Source: Candidatus Eiseniibacteriota bacterium
GTDB lineage: Bacteria; Eisenbacteria; RBG-16-71-46; CAIMUX01; VGJL01
Length of the DNA: 64,000 nt
Reading direction: 5' to 3'
Assembly: GCA_963792585.1 (NCBI GenBank)
Contig: CAWBWI010000005.1
Location: 64,001 to 128,000, forward strand
Shown: positions 50,387 through 60,034 of the stretch, one piece after another
How the letters are laid out: every line of letters starts with the position of its first letter
Position numbering within the stretch: position 1 is the first letter of the stretch
Made by a program: the position numbers and the translations under genes
The notes under the pieces: model-generated
What the model was told of the DNA's origin: nothing
The model's database searches: none
What the model saw: only the letters and a program-made list of their open reading frames with translations

Positions 50387-50836
50387 TCAGCAGCCGAACT
50401 GCGTCAGGTGATGGTCGAGATGCTTGCGGTTCAGCGCCGCCCATTGATCCGCCGCAAGGCGTCCCATGAGGGGGCTGACCCCCCACCGTTGCTCCCGACC
50501 GCGTCCGAACCGCTCCACGAACTCGATGAGGAGCTCCTTGTCCCGCTCCAACGACCCCGAGGGAGGGGTCGCGAAGAATACGGGGGCGGCCTGGATCCTC
50601 CCCCTGGGCCACGGAATGGGAGCCGAGATGACGAACCAACGTCCCAGTGTGGTCGAAAGGAAACCGGGCCTGAAGTCGGTCTCGATCTCTGCGAAGGCGA
50701 TCTTCAAACCGTCGATGAGATGAACGATCATCTGCTCGGATGTCATCCTTCCCCAGCGGGCGCGGCTGTCGGGCCTCACTCGGCGGATGCGTCGGACCAT
50801 CTCCTCTCGGACGGGTGGATCGAACAATGACTTCAT
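50387..50836 (-). CDS. DinB-like DUF1569 family protein
   Basis: 'WGRMTSEQMIVHL'...'KHLDHHLTQFG'. Confidence 0.85.
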   Translation of the reverse strand: MKSLFDPPVREEMVRRIRRVRPDSRARWGRMTSEQMIVHLIDGLKIAFAEIETDFRPGFLSTTLGRWFVISAPIPWPRGRIQAAPVFFATPPSGSLERDKELLIEFVERFGRGREQRWGVSPLMGRLAADQWAALNRKHLDHHLTQFGC

Positions 50837-51145
50837 GACTCCCCTCCACGATGGGTCGATCCGCGGGAGTCTAGAGCCTCCGGGCTTGCGAACAAAAGCG
50901 CCGGAAGCGCGTTCGACGAACCCCGGGGCCACGGCGAAGCGATACATGCCTGTATCCGCCCGGCAACAGGGCCTCTACCCAGACAGCGCGGCATGCGGCG
51001 GGTGGAGCGCGGCGCGCCGTGCTAAGCCGTTGGCCGACTGAACCGCAGCCGGTCCGTCCTCCTGCATCCGGAAGATGGCACGGCTCTGGTTCCTGTCGGG
51101 CCCGGTTGTCTCTTCGGGATCGAAGAGAGGAAAGGAGAGAAGATC

Positions 51146-52416
51146 ATGAACCGGACCGTTCGCAATACGATCGTGGCGTTGTTGCTGGCTTGGGTCGCGA
51201 TCTGGGCGCTTCCCGGATGCAGCGACAACGGCTCGTCCACCGCCCCGGCCACGCTGGGATTGACCGCCGAGAACGAGGGCGCGGTCGTCGTGGAACAGCG
51301 CAACCCGCCTCCACCCAGCGGTCTCGTGACCGTCGAGTTCGGCAGTCGGAGCCTTGAATTCTGGCCGTACACCGGCTCTTCGTTCGACGGAACGCCGGTC
51401 GACCCCGTGAATCTGATCTTCCTCGGGCAGGCGGACCCGCTTCAGATTCGCGCCGCGCTGCTCGCACTCGACGGGAATCGGACCGCCTTCGGCTTCCCGG
51501 ACGTCTTCCCGTTCAACGCCCGCTGGTCGGACGCGGTCGGCGACGTGCAGTCCACCTACGCGGAGGGTGACGGTTGGGTGGGAAGCGTCGTCCAGCTGCA
51601 GATCGGGGACTACGCGCCGATTCGCTGGCATCTGCGCATCTTCCGGACCGGCTCAGGCCTGGACGGCAGCGTCTGGACGCTCGGCGCGGCCCACTTCGAG
51701 ATGATGATCCCCGGAACCGCCGATCATCAGGTGCTTGGTTGGGACCGGGCCCAGGAGATCGTCACGGTCGACATGCTTCGCAGCGGCCTGCTCGACCCTG
51801 TCGCGCCGATGTTGCCGACCGGCGTGATCAATGAATCGCCGACCTTCCGGACCATCCCGCCGTTCATCTACAACAGCCTTCCGGAGGATCTGAAGAACTA
51901 CATCCTCGGACCGGATCATCCCGAGGACGTGACCGAGCCGGTCGGGATCCCGAACGATGGGTCGGCCACGATCTTCAACGTGGCCGACGCGGCGCCCGTC
52001 GACCCGGGAATCGCGACCCAGAGCTTCACGAAGACCTATCAGCAGGTGATCCCGAAGCCGCTGTGCAATCCGGACGGAAGCCAGTGGGTGCGGGTCGAGG
52101 GACCGGTCGACTTCACGAAGAGGGTCGAGATCGAGCCGGCGGGATGCTCACGGTCCACTACGTCTACTCGGGGAATCTCACGATCACGCCGTGGGACGTG
52201 GTCCACAACGTGGCCCTCGGCGATCCCTACGCGGCGCAGGTGGGCGGCTCGCAGGATGGCTTCCTGCGCGCGCACAACAGCGGGATCTCCGCCTTCGACA
52301 GACGGCTGGCGCACGAGGCCGGCGGGACGGAGTTCCTGATGACGGACTTCCGGATCCACTCGCCGGGTCCGAAGAGGCACACGGTGCGAACCCGGTGCCT
52401 GGGGGCGGATCTCTAG
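51146..52416 (+). CDS. Hypothetical lipoprotein (1-nt frameshift near 52137)
   Basis: Lipobox 'LPGC'. After 'VEIEP' the coding-like sequence continues in the 52063-52416 frame (GMLTVHYVYSG...). Confidence 0.7.
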
Positions 52417-52555
52417 GATCGAATCTGCAGGGATCGATCGAAGGGGTCGTGGGGCGGGCTCGTTCGAGTCCGCCCCGTTCCACGATTCCCCCCTGCTTGT
52501 GACCGCAAGCGGCCGATGCTAGCGTGGTCGGGTCTTCCGGAAGGAGAACCACCTC

Positions 52556-54274
52556 TTGCCCAAGTCCAGCCACAAACAGCGGGCGGATCGATCGGCCTTC
52601 CTGCTTCAGCTCGTCCGGGACCTCGATCGCTTCGCCGCCGACGAAGAGCCGGATCGCATTCTCCGCTATGCCCATCGGGGGCTCGGGCAGATGCTCCAAG
52701 CCGATTACGGATTCGTCTGGAGGCTCGAGCGCGGCGCGGCCGCTTCGGCGCGCTACAGCATGACTTGGACGCCGAAGGGGGAGAAGCGGATCGCCCAAGC
52801 GCCCCCCACCGCGCTCACCGAGCAGGCCGGGCGCTTCGCGCGGGATCGCAAGTCCCCCGACGATCCGAACCTCCTCTTCACCCTGGTGGAGGCGGGGGGA
52901 CGGCCGATCGGGATCCTCTCCTACATTCGCCTCGGCCGCCGTTTCGGGCGCGCGGACGCGCACGTCGGCCAGGACGCCGCCGAGTTCGTCGGCCGGCACT
53001 TGACCCATACGGAGCGGGAAAGGCTCTTCGAGGTGCGCGAGCGGATCGTCCGCAAGGTCCTCCTCCAGCTTCGCCCGGCGGACATCCTCTATCAGGTGCT
53101 CCACGGCCTGAAGCGCCTGCTGCAGTACGATCACAGCGCCTCGGTGGCGACCTACGGACGCGACGAGCGTAGGCTCACGATCCGCGCGGAGACGATCGCG
53201 TGGACCAAGGGAAAGAGCGAACGGATCGGACGCGCGATCGATCTCGACGCCGCGTCGGTCGCCTTCCTGGATGGACTCGGGAGCGCTTGCGTCTGCGGGC
53301 CTGGATCGGCGACTCCCGGCGCGCCGGCGGAGTTGCTCCGCGCGCTGGCGGACGTGTCCGCCCAGGCTCCTCCCGCCCAATCGATGATCCTCGCCCCCCT
53401 CGGGTTCCAGAACAAGAGAGTCGGGGTCCTGACGCTCTGCGGCCTCTCGCCGCGTACTTTCTCGGGTTCCGACATCGAGACCATCGACACGTTCCTGCAC
53501 ATCCTCTCGGCCGCCGCCGTCCACGCGGAGTTCTTCCGGCGTCAGCAGGACCTCCTGCTCGAGGCGGAACGAAGGACCGCCCTCGGCGATCTCGCCCGCG
53601 CGATCTCGCACGATCTGAACAATGCCTTCGGCGTGATCCAGCCGCTTCTCGAGACCGTCCGCCGCGACGTGGACAAGGGCGACTTCACGCCCGCGCGGCT
53701 CAAGGCGGACCTCGACACGCTCTCGCAATACGTCGCGTCGTCGCTGCGCATCTTCGAGCGGCTGCTGAGCTTCTCTCGTGGATCGACGGAGGGGATCGCG
53801 AAAGTCGACATCGGCGCCGCCGTCGACAGCGTTCTCTCGCTCCTCGCGCGCAGATTGCTCACCGCCGGCGTCGATGTCGTACGCGAGATTCCCGAGGATC
53901 TGCCCCATCCCCTCGCCCGCCGGCAGGAAATCGAACAACTCCTCCTGAACCTGATCACGAACGCGGAGGAGAGCATGGATCGCGGGGGCGTGCTGACCGT
54001 GCGGGCATGGACGGAGGGGAAACCGGAAGCCCGCTCGGTTCGAATCGCGGTCGCGGATACCGGGCGCGGAATCGCCCCCGAGGTCCGCGGTCGCGTGTTC
54101 GAGCCCTTCTTCACGACCAAGGCGGGCGGCACCGGGCTCGGTCTCGACATCTGTCGGTCGATCGTCTGGGAATACGATGGGGCCCTCTGGCTCGACCCGA
54201 ACGGTGACCGGGGAACGATCGCGCAGGTTCGTCTGCCCCTTTCTCCCCCGAGCGACGCTTTGGAGACCCGATGA
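52556..54274 (+). CDS. GAF-domain sensor histidine kinase
   Basis: Cytoplasmic GAF-like regions; ISHDLNN, NLITNA, DTGRGI, FEPFFTTK, GTGLGL; AAGGAG RBS with TTG start. Confidence 0.9.
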   Translation: MPKSSHKQRADRSAFLLQLVRDLDRFAADEEPDRILRYAHRGLGQMLQADYGFVWRLERGAAASARYSMTWTPKGEKRIAQAPPTALTEQAGRFARDRKSPDDPNLLFTLVEAGGRPIGILSYIRLGRRFGRADAHVGQDAAEFVGRHLTHTERERLFEVRERIVRKVLLQLRPADILYQVLHGLKRLLQYDHSASVATYGRDERRLTIRAETIAWTKGKSERIGRAIDLDAASVAFLDGLGSACVCGPGSATPGAPAELLRALADVSAQAPPAQSMILAPLGFQNKRVGVLTLCGLSPRTFSGSDIETIDTFLHILSAAAVHAEFFRRQQDLLLEAERRTALGDLARAISHDLNNAFGVIQPLLETVRRDVDKGDFTPARLKADLDTLSQYVASSLRIFERLLSFSRGSTEGIAKVDIGAAVDSVLSLLARRLLTAGVDVVREIPEDLPHPLARRQEIEQLLLNLITNAEESMDRGGVLTVRAWTEGKPEARSVRIAVADTGRGIAPEVRGRVFEPFFTTKAGGTGLGLDICRSIVWEYDGALWLDPNGDRGTIAQVRLPLSPPSDALETR

Positions 54275-55428
54275 GCGCGACGCCGACGGAAGCTCCCGCG
54301 CGCCGATCCGTCCTCGTGGTGGACGACGAACCCGGCATGCGCTACACGGCGCGGCGGATCCTGGAAGCGCGCTACGACGTCATCGAGGCTGCCAGCGGTG
54401 AGGATGCGATCGATCGATTCGGCGAGAGGCCCTTCAACATCGCCCTTGTCGATCTGCGTCTTCCCGGCCAAAGCGGCCTCGAACTGCTGTCGTCGATCAA
54501 GGTGATGAGTCCGGCGACCGACGTCGTCATCATGACCGGATCGGCGAAGGATCCGGAAGAGGCGCTGCTGGGCTCGATTCGCCGGAAGGCGTTCTTCTTC
54601 TTGCGCAAACCGTTCTCCGCTGCGGTCCTCGAGACGCTGGTCGACCGGATCACCGAGACCCAGACGCTCGAGGAACGGGTGCTGCTGAACGCGCAGCGCC
54701 TCGAGGAGGACCTGGAGAACGCACGGAAGTTCCAGATCGGTCTCCTGCCGCCGCGTGAGTGGAAAGGGCGGCGGATCGAGGTCGCGGGCCTCTACGTCCC
54801 GAGCGCCCGCCTCTCGGGGGATCTGATCGACTACTGGACGTTGCCCGGCGGTGGAACCGCACTCCTCGCCGCGGACGTGATGGGGCACGGCGCCTCGGCA
54901 GCGATGATGACAGGGATCGTCAAGACGCAGCTCCGCTCGCTCGCCTCCCAGGAGACCGACCCCGCGGGGATCCTCCTGGAACTCGACGCCGCGCTGCGCG
55001 GGCTGACGATCCACCGTTTCCTGACGATCCTGCTCGTGATCGACGAGGGAGCCTCCGGCGGCATCCGCTATTGCGGCGCGGGGCACCCTCCGGGAATCCT
55101 CCGCACACCAGACGGCGCGATCCTGCCGCTCGAGAGCGACGGTCCGCCCTTGAACATCCTGGGGCTCGATCCGTACCCGCGGCACAGCGAGATCCTTCCC
55201 CGGGTCGCCGGGAGCAGGATCTTCATCTGCACGGATGGATTCGCCGACGCCGAGTCGCTCGACGGCGCGCGCCTGAACGAGTCGCCCGACTTTCGCGCGG
55301 TCGTCGAGCAGGCGCTCCAGCTGCCGCCGGTTCCGGCGCGCGCGAGGCTCGACGAGATGCTGGCCTCGCACATACGCGGCAAGGATCAGGAGGACGACCG
55401 TGCGTTGCTGGTGGCGGAGCTGCGCTAG
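54271..55428 (+). CDS. Response regulator fused to a PP2C/SpoIIE phosphatase (RsbU/RsbY-like)
   Basis: Receiver VVDDE..D..KPF; PP2C motifs SGD, ADVMGHG, AGHPP, TDG, QEDDR. Confidence 0.92.
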   Translation: MSATPTEAPARRSVLVVDDEPGMRYTARRILEARYDVIEAASGEDAIDRFGERPFNIALVDLRLPGQSGLELLSSIKVMSPATDVVIMTGSAKDPEEALLGSIRRKAFFFLRKPFSAAVLETLVDRITETQTLEERVLLNAQRLEEDLENARKFQIGLLPPREWKGRRIEVAGLYVPSARLSGDLIDYWTLPGGGTALLAADVMGHGASAAMMTGIVKTQLRSLASQETDPAGILLELDAALRGLTIHRFLTILLVIDEGASGGIRYCGAGHPPGILRTPDGAILPLESDGPPLNILGLDPYPRHSEILPRVAGSRIFICTDGFADAESLDGARLNESPDFRAVVEQALQLPPVPARARLDEMLASHIRGKDQEDDRALLVAELR

Positions 55429-56171
55429 CGCGCCTCGGATTCGCCGAGCTTGCGCAGGATCCAGACGGTCCGCGACACGGCCGTGACGACCGTTCCGACC
55501 GCGATCAGGGCGATGATCCAAAAGAGTGCCGTCCCGGGCGGACGATGGAGCATCTGCGAAACGGTGGCGTCGAGGATCCCGCCCAGGCCGAGCAACAACA
55601 TCCGCTCCGCGCGTTGCATCAGCCCCTCTTTGCAGAGGACGCCGAGACTCTCGCCTCTTGCGCGCGTATAGCTCACCAGCATCGATCCTCCGAGAGCGAC
55701 AACGACGGCGGCGACCGGGAGACCCGCGCGATAGAAGATCGACAGACCGATGAAGGAGGCGAACTCGACGAAGCGATCGAGGGTCGAGTCGAGGAAGGCG
55801 CCCGCCTTCGATGCGACGCCGAGGGCCCGCGCGACCTGACCGTCCAGTGCGTCGGCAAGGCCGCTGGCCAGCACGAGCGCGCCGCCCGCGGCGAGCCGGC
55901 CTGTGGCAAACGCGACCAGGCTCGCAATGCCGAAGAACAAGCCGAGGACGTTGTAGAAGACGGGGCTCAGGCCGAGGGCGATCGATGCCCGAAGGATCGG
56001 CCCGGTGACCCAGTAGAACCAGTCCCGGACCCAGAACCCGAGAACGAAACTCCCGCCGCGTCGGGTCGTGTCGCGGTCCGGACCGCGTCCCGCCGGGGTC
56101 ATGCGGTAAGCCGCCATGCTCGCGAGGGCAAGCGCAAGCGCCCCTGCCGTGATCGAGATCTCGATTCTCAC
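55425..56171 (-). CDS. CDP-alcohol phosphatidyltransferase family protein
   Basis: DALDGQVAR...GAFLDSTLDR, VSYTRARGE, GLMQRAER; GTG overlaps the upstream stop. Confidence 0.92.
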   Translation of the reverse strand: MRIEISITAGALALALASMAAYRMTPAGRGPDRDTTRRGGSFVLGFWVRDWFYWVTGPILRASIALGLSPVFYNVLGLFFGIASLVAFATGRLAAGGALVLASGLADALDGQVARALGVASKAGAFLDSTLDRFVEFASFIGLSIFYRAGLPVAAVVVALGGSMLVSYTRARGESLGVLCKEGLMQRAERMLLLGLGGILDATVSQMLHRPPGTALFWIIALIAVGTVVTAVSRTVWILRKLGESEAR

Positions 56172-57136
56172 CGGTCTCCATCCTTCCCGGGCGCGGCGAG
56201 AGTCGAGCCCCGGGAGCGAAGCCGCCAGAGGACTCGGATCGCTTTCGGCCAGAGCAGGATGAATGGCCAGCGTCGCTCCGCTTCGGTGACCTCGACGCGG
56301 ATTCCCGCGCGTCGCTCCATTTTGCGGACAATGTAGTCGATCCACCCGTCGAAGGTCAGGACGTACTTGAACCAGCGCAGCGTCGCCCGGGCCTTGGATC
56401 GCTCGAAATAGAGACGCCAGCGCAACCGCTCCCCGGCCCCCGGATTCCGGGTTCGGGCGTACCGATCCCCCTCCCGCGTCAAGCAGCCTTCGGTAATGGC
56501 CGCATCGAGCACCGGGCCATACGTCTCCGCGAAGTACGCTTCCTGCGTGCGGAAGACCTCTCCCGACCGGTCCTGCGTCTCCGGTCGGATCTCTCCGCGG
56601 TATGAGATCTCGAGCATCGTGCGCGCAAACTCCCCGACCGTGAAGGCGCCCACCCGATAGAGCGGCACCCAGTCGATCGTGGCGCGTCGGGCCTGACCGA
56701 GGAGCGACTCGATCCTCGCGCGCGCCTGATCGTCGCGCGCGTGCACGATCCGGACGGTCTGGGTGAGGCGTCCCATGCAGAAGTGATCTGCCGCTCTCGT
56801 CGACAACGCTTTGGCAAGATCCCGCTCGGTGATGACGACGGCCTTGCACCCCGGCCCCTCGGCGCCGGCCGGCACGAGGGAGATGACGTTCGGGGACAGG
56901 ACGCGATTCGCGGCAGCGAGCAACCGCGGGCCATGACGCATCGGGTACCTCCCGTGCAGCCTCCGGTAGAAGGGCAGGTAAGCGCCGACCACGAGGAACA
57001 GGTCGGCCGCGCTGTGCCTCCCCGGAGTCGTCCCGACGAGTCGCGATCCGAAGAAGATGATGCCCACGAGCTCCCCGCCGCATGCGTCGCGGAGCACGTC
57101 CACGGCCCGAAGGACCTCAGGGGGAGTTTCGTTCAT
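56168..57136 (-). CDS. Nucleotidyltransferase, Tam41/Mmp37-like cytidylyltransferase
   Basis: 'FFGS...ADLFLVV', 'GRLTQTV' and 'ISYRGEIRPE' resemble Tam41 motifs (YGS..D, GRLQKPV, SY.GD.R). Confidence 0.6.
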   Translation of the reverse strand: MNETPPEVLRAVDVLRDACGGELVGIIFFGSRLVGTTPGRHSAADLFLVVGAYLPFYRRLHGRYPMRHGPRLLAAANRVLSPNVISLVPAGAEGPGCKAVVITERDLAKALSTRAADHFCMGRLTQTVRIVHARDDQARARIESLLGQARRATIDWVPLYRVGAFTVGEFARTMLEISYRGEIRPETQDRSGEVFRTQEAYFAETYGPVLDAAITEGCLTREGDRYARTRNPGAGERLRWRLYFERSKARATLRWFKYVLTFDGWIDYIVRKMERRAGIRVEVTEAERRWPFILLWPKAIRVLWRLRSRGSTLAAPGKDGDR

Positions 57137-57149
57137 CGAGAGCTCCCGA

Positions 57150-57872
57150 TCACCCGCCGACGCCTCTCGGCGGCCCGCTTCGTAGTTCCTCGAGTTTCGT
57201 CAGCATCGTTTCCCTGACCTCTTGCGTGAATGCGTCGGCATCCCCTTTCGGGTCCTCCCAGGATATCGGTCCGACGCAGGCAAACCGCGCGTCGACTCCG
57301 CTGATCTCCCGCGGGAAATCTCTCATCCGCGCGCAACGCCAGAACCCGTCGATCACCAGAAGATAGACGGTCCATGGCCGCGCCCTCAGGATGGCCCGAA
57401 GCCCCGGTCGGCGGAAGGGCTGAATGTTGCCGTTGCGCGTGCGGGTTCCCTCAGGGAAAATCACCAAAGGGTGCTTCGACTCCTTGGCCACCCTGATCAG
57501 GTTGCGGAGTTGCTCGCTGGACCGATCATCGGGGTCCACCAGAGGATGGTCGTAGAGCCGAAGCATGTGGGATATGAGCGGCTTTCCCTTCGCATAGCGC
57601 CGTCGCGTCACGATACGGGGATAGGTTCCCTCCAGACAACGGAAGGCCACGAGGATGTCGAAGAGGGACTGGTGGTTCATCAAGATGAGGACCCCAGGCC
57701 CTCCGGGGATCGCGGGCAGGGGACCGATGGCGGCCCCGCCGACGCGCCGCGCCAGGCCGAGAACACCCGCGGCGAAGGATCTAGCCCAAGACGTGAGGAT
57801 CCTGTCGCGCGAAGCGGGACGGAGTCGAATGAGCGCGACGATGACCGTGCGCTCGAAGAGATCCGATCCCAA
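57150..57872 (-). CDS. Lysophospholipid acyltransferase (PlsC family); 5' end uncertain
   Basis: NHQSLFD, IFPEGTR; a hydrophobic stretch 'GYLSLILIGILF' lies just upstream in another frame across a T run. Confidence 0.88.
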   Translation of the reverse strand: MGSDLFERTVIVALIRLRPASRDRILTSWARSFAAGVLGLARRVGGAAIGPLPAIPGGPGVLILMNHQSLFDILVAFRCLEGTYPRIVTRRRYAKGKPLISHMLRLYDHPLVDPDDRSSEQLRNLIRVAKESKHPLVIFPEGTRTRNGNIQPFRRPGLRAILRARPWTVYLLVIDGFWRCARMRDFPREISGVDARFACVGPISWEDPKGDADAFTQEVRETMLTKLEELRSGPPRGVGG

Positions 57873-57999
57873 AAGAGGATCCCAATCAGGATGAGGCTCA
57901 GGTATCCTATGCGCGCAGTGCTCCGTGCCGATCAGGGTGCGGCGATCGGGTTGAGTTCCGGGACAATTGTGCCGGCAACGAATGGATTTTCAAACTGGG

Positions 58000-59364
58000 A
58001 TGACGAACTTGAATGAAGCTAATCCGGACGGCATGGATCCGTCAAGGCTGACCCCTCCCGAAGGCTCGACGGATCTCCACATCGGTGAGCCCGTCGCCGC
58101 GGACCTGTCGATGGATCCATCGGAGTATGATTTCTCGCACTTCTACTTCGCGACGGGCACCGACGCGTTCAACATGCTGGACCCATTCGACGCGTGGTAC
58201 CAGAAGGCGCTCGTGGAGGACTGCTACTACCTCTACAACCAGCCGATGCGCACGGCTCCCCGCAGCCACGTGACCGTCGTCGAAGCGTTGCATCATAAGG
58301 AGATCAAGGACCTTCTGAATTTCGCCTCGTACAACTATCTCGGGATGAGCTATCGCCCCGAGGTCATCCGCGCCGCCCAGGAGGCCCTCGGAAAGTACGG
58401 GCTCGGCGCGTCCGGCTCGCCGATTCTGAGCGGCACGCTCGACCTGCACGAGGAATTCGCGACCAAGCTCGCCCGGTTCAAGAGGAAGGAAGCGGTCCTG
58501 CTCTTCCCGACCGGCTACAGCGCGAACCTCGGCGTGATCGCCGGTCTCATGCGACCCGGCGATATGGTCTTCGCCGATCAGTTCGCTCACGCGAGCATCG
58601 TCGACGGGATCATCCTGTCGAAGGCCAAACCTCGATTCTTCCGGCACAACGACGCCAATGACCTCGAGAAGAAGCTGAAGGCGTTCGACGGCCGCAAGCT
58701 CGTTGTCGTCGAGGGCGTCTACTCGATGGACGGAGACCTCGCGAATCTGGTCGAGATCGTCGAGGCCTGCAAACGTCAGAACGCCAGGATCATGATCGAC
58801 GAGGCGCACTCGACGTTCCTCTTCGGGGAGAACGGGCGCGGACTGGCCGAGCAGATGGGGGTCGAGGACGAGATCGACATCCACTTCGGCACCTTCTCCA
58901 AGAGCCTCGGAGGGATCGGCGGATTCGTGGCCGGCTCGACGAAGCTGATCAACTACCTGCACGCCTTCGCGCGCTCGCAGTTCTTCTCCTGCGCCCTGCC
59001 CCCGGCGGTGATGGCCGGCCTGATCAAGGGGCTGGAGATCTCCATCGCGGAGCCGGAGTTGCGCACGAAGCTGTGGACGAACGTCGACTTCATGCAGGAA
59101 CGGCTACGCTCGACCGGAGTCGACATCGGGAACTCGCAATCCCAGGTGATCCCGGTCATGATCCGCGATGACAAGAAGGTCTTCCCGATCGTCGAGGAGA
59201 TGCTGCACGCGGGCGTCTATCTTCACCCGATCCGCTACCCGGCCGTCGGGAAACACCGATCGCGCCTGCGGATCTCGATCTCCGCCGCCCACAGCCGGAA
59301 CGATCTGGAGGAAGGGGCGAGGATCATTCAGCAGGTTCTGTCGAGGAATGGACTATGCAAGTAA
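58000..59364 (+). CDS. PLP-dependent alpha-oxoamine synthase (serine palmitoyltransferase-like / BioF family)
   Basis: SYNYLG, TGYSANLG, HASIVDG, EGVYSMDGD, DEAHS, GTFSKS. Confidence 0.85.
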   Translation: MTNLNEANPDGMDPSRLTPPEGSTDLHIGEPVAADLSMDPSEYDFSHFYFATGTDAFNMLDPFDAWYQKALVEDCYYLYNQPMRTAPRSHVTVVEALHHKEIKDLLNFASYNYLGMSYRPEVIRAAQEALGKYGLGASGSPILSGTLDLHEEFATKLARFKRKEAVLLFPTGYSANLGVIAGLMRPGDMVFADQFAHASIVDGIILSKAKPRFFRHNDANDLEKKLKAFDGRKLVVVEGVYSMDGDLANLVEIVEACKRQNARIMIDEAHSTFLFGENGRGLAEQMGVEDEIDIHFGTFSKSLGGIGGFVAGSTKLINYLHAFARSQFFSCALPPAVMAGLIKGLEISIAEPELRTKLWTNVDFMQERLRSTGVDIGNSQSQVIPVMIRDDKKVFPIVEEMLHAGVYLHPIRYPAVGKHRSRLRISISAAHSRNDLEEGARIIQQVLSRNGLCK

Positions 59365-60017
59365 CCAGGTACGATTTCCGGCACGCGGTCAATGCGTTCT
59401 TCGAGCTCTCCGAGGACACGGCTCGGGAGATCCTCCCGAAACACCTCCAACCTCTGGAGCACCAGCATGGGGTTGCGATCCTGGCCGTCACCGCCTTCGA
59501 TTTCAGCGACAGCATGATCGGGCCGTATGGAGAGATCTTCATGGCGATCATCGTGCCGCCCGTCGTCAGGGCCGGCCGGCCGTTCCCTCTCTCCGCCCTC
59601 TATCCTTTCATCATCGGGACGAGCACGGCGGCCGCACGCGAGCATGCGATCGAGCGCTGGCACCTTCCCCTCTATCCGAGCGACATCACCGTCGACTTCG
59701 TCGAGAAGAACGGATCGATCGACGTCCACGCCCATGAGGCGGGACGACCGATCCTCGACCTCACCGTCGGCGAGCACGGATGGGAAGAGGCCGAGCAGCT
59801 CTACCAGGCGTTCATGACGGACCCGCAGGGCCGATACATGGTCGACGTCCGCCTCAAGGGGAGTATTACCGAACACGAGGATCAGACCGGCAGCGGCACG
59901 TTCCACGACCACCCCATGTGCGGGCAGCTCGCGGACGGTGATCTCCCGCCCACACCGTTCAGAGAGCTCTGGATGAAGGACGGCTGCCAGCTCTTCGACG
60001 AACTCTCGAAGCTCTAG
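59355..60017 (+). CDS. Acetoacetate decarboxylase-like fold protein
   Basis: 'ILPKHLQP', 'IGPYGE', 'ERWHLP' ADC-like pattern. Confidence 0.6.
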   Translation: MQVTRYDFRHAVNAFFELSEDTAREILPKHLQPLEHQHGVAILAVTAFDFSDSMIGPYGEIFMAIIVPPVVRAGRPFPLSALYPFIIGTSTAAAREHAIERWHLPLYPSDITVDFVEKNGSIDVHAHEAGRPILDLTVGEHGWEEAEQLYQAFMTDPQGRYMVDVRLKGSITEHEDQTGSGTFHDHPMCGQLADGDLPPTPFRELWMKDGCQLFDELSKL

Positions 60018-60034
60018 CAGAGTCGACGCGCCCT

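Noticed and set aside
58000..59364. bioF assignment
   Set aside because: No other biotin genes are nearby and the lipid-gene context favours an SPT-like role; symbol withheld pending phylogeny.
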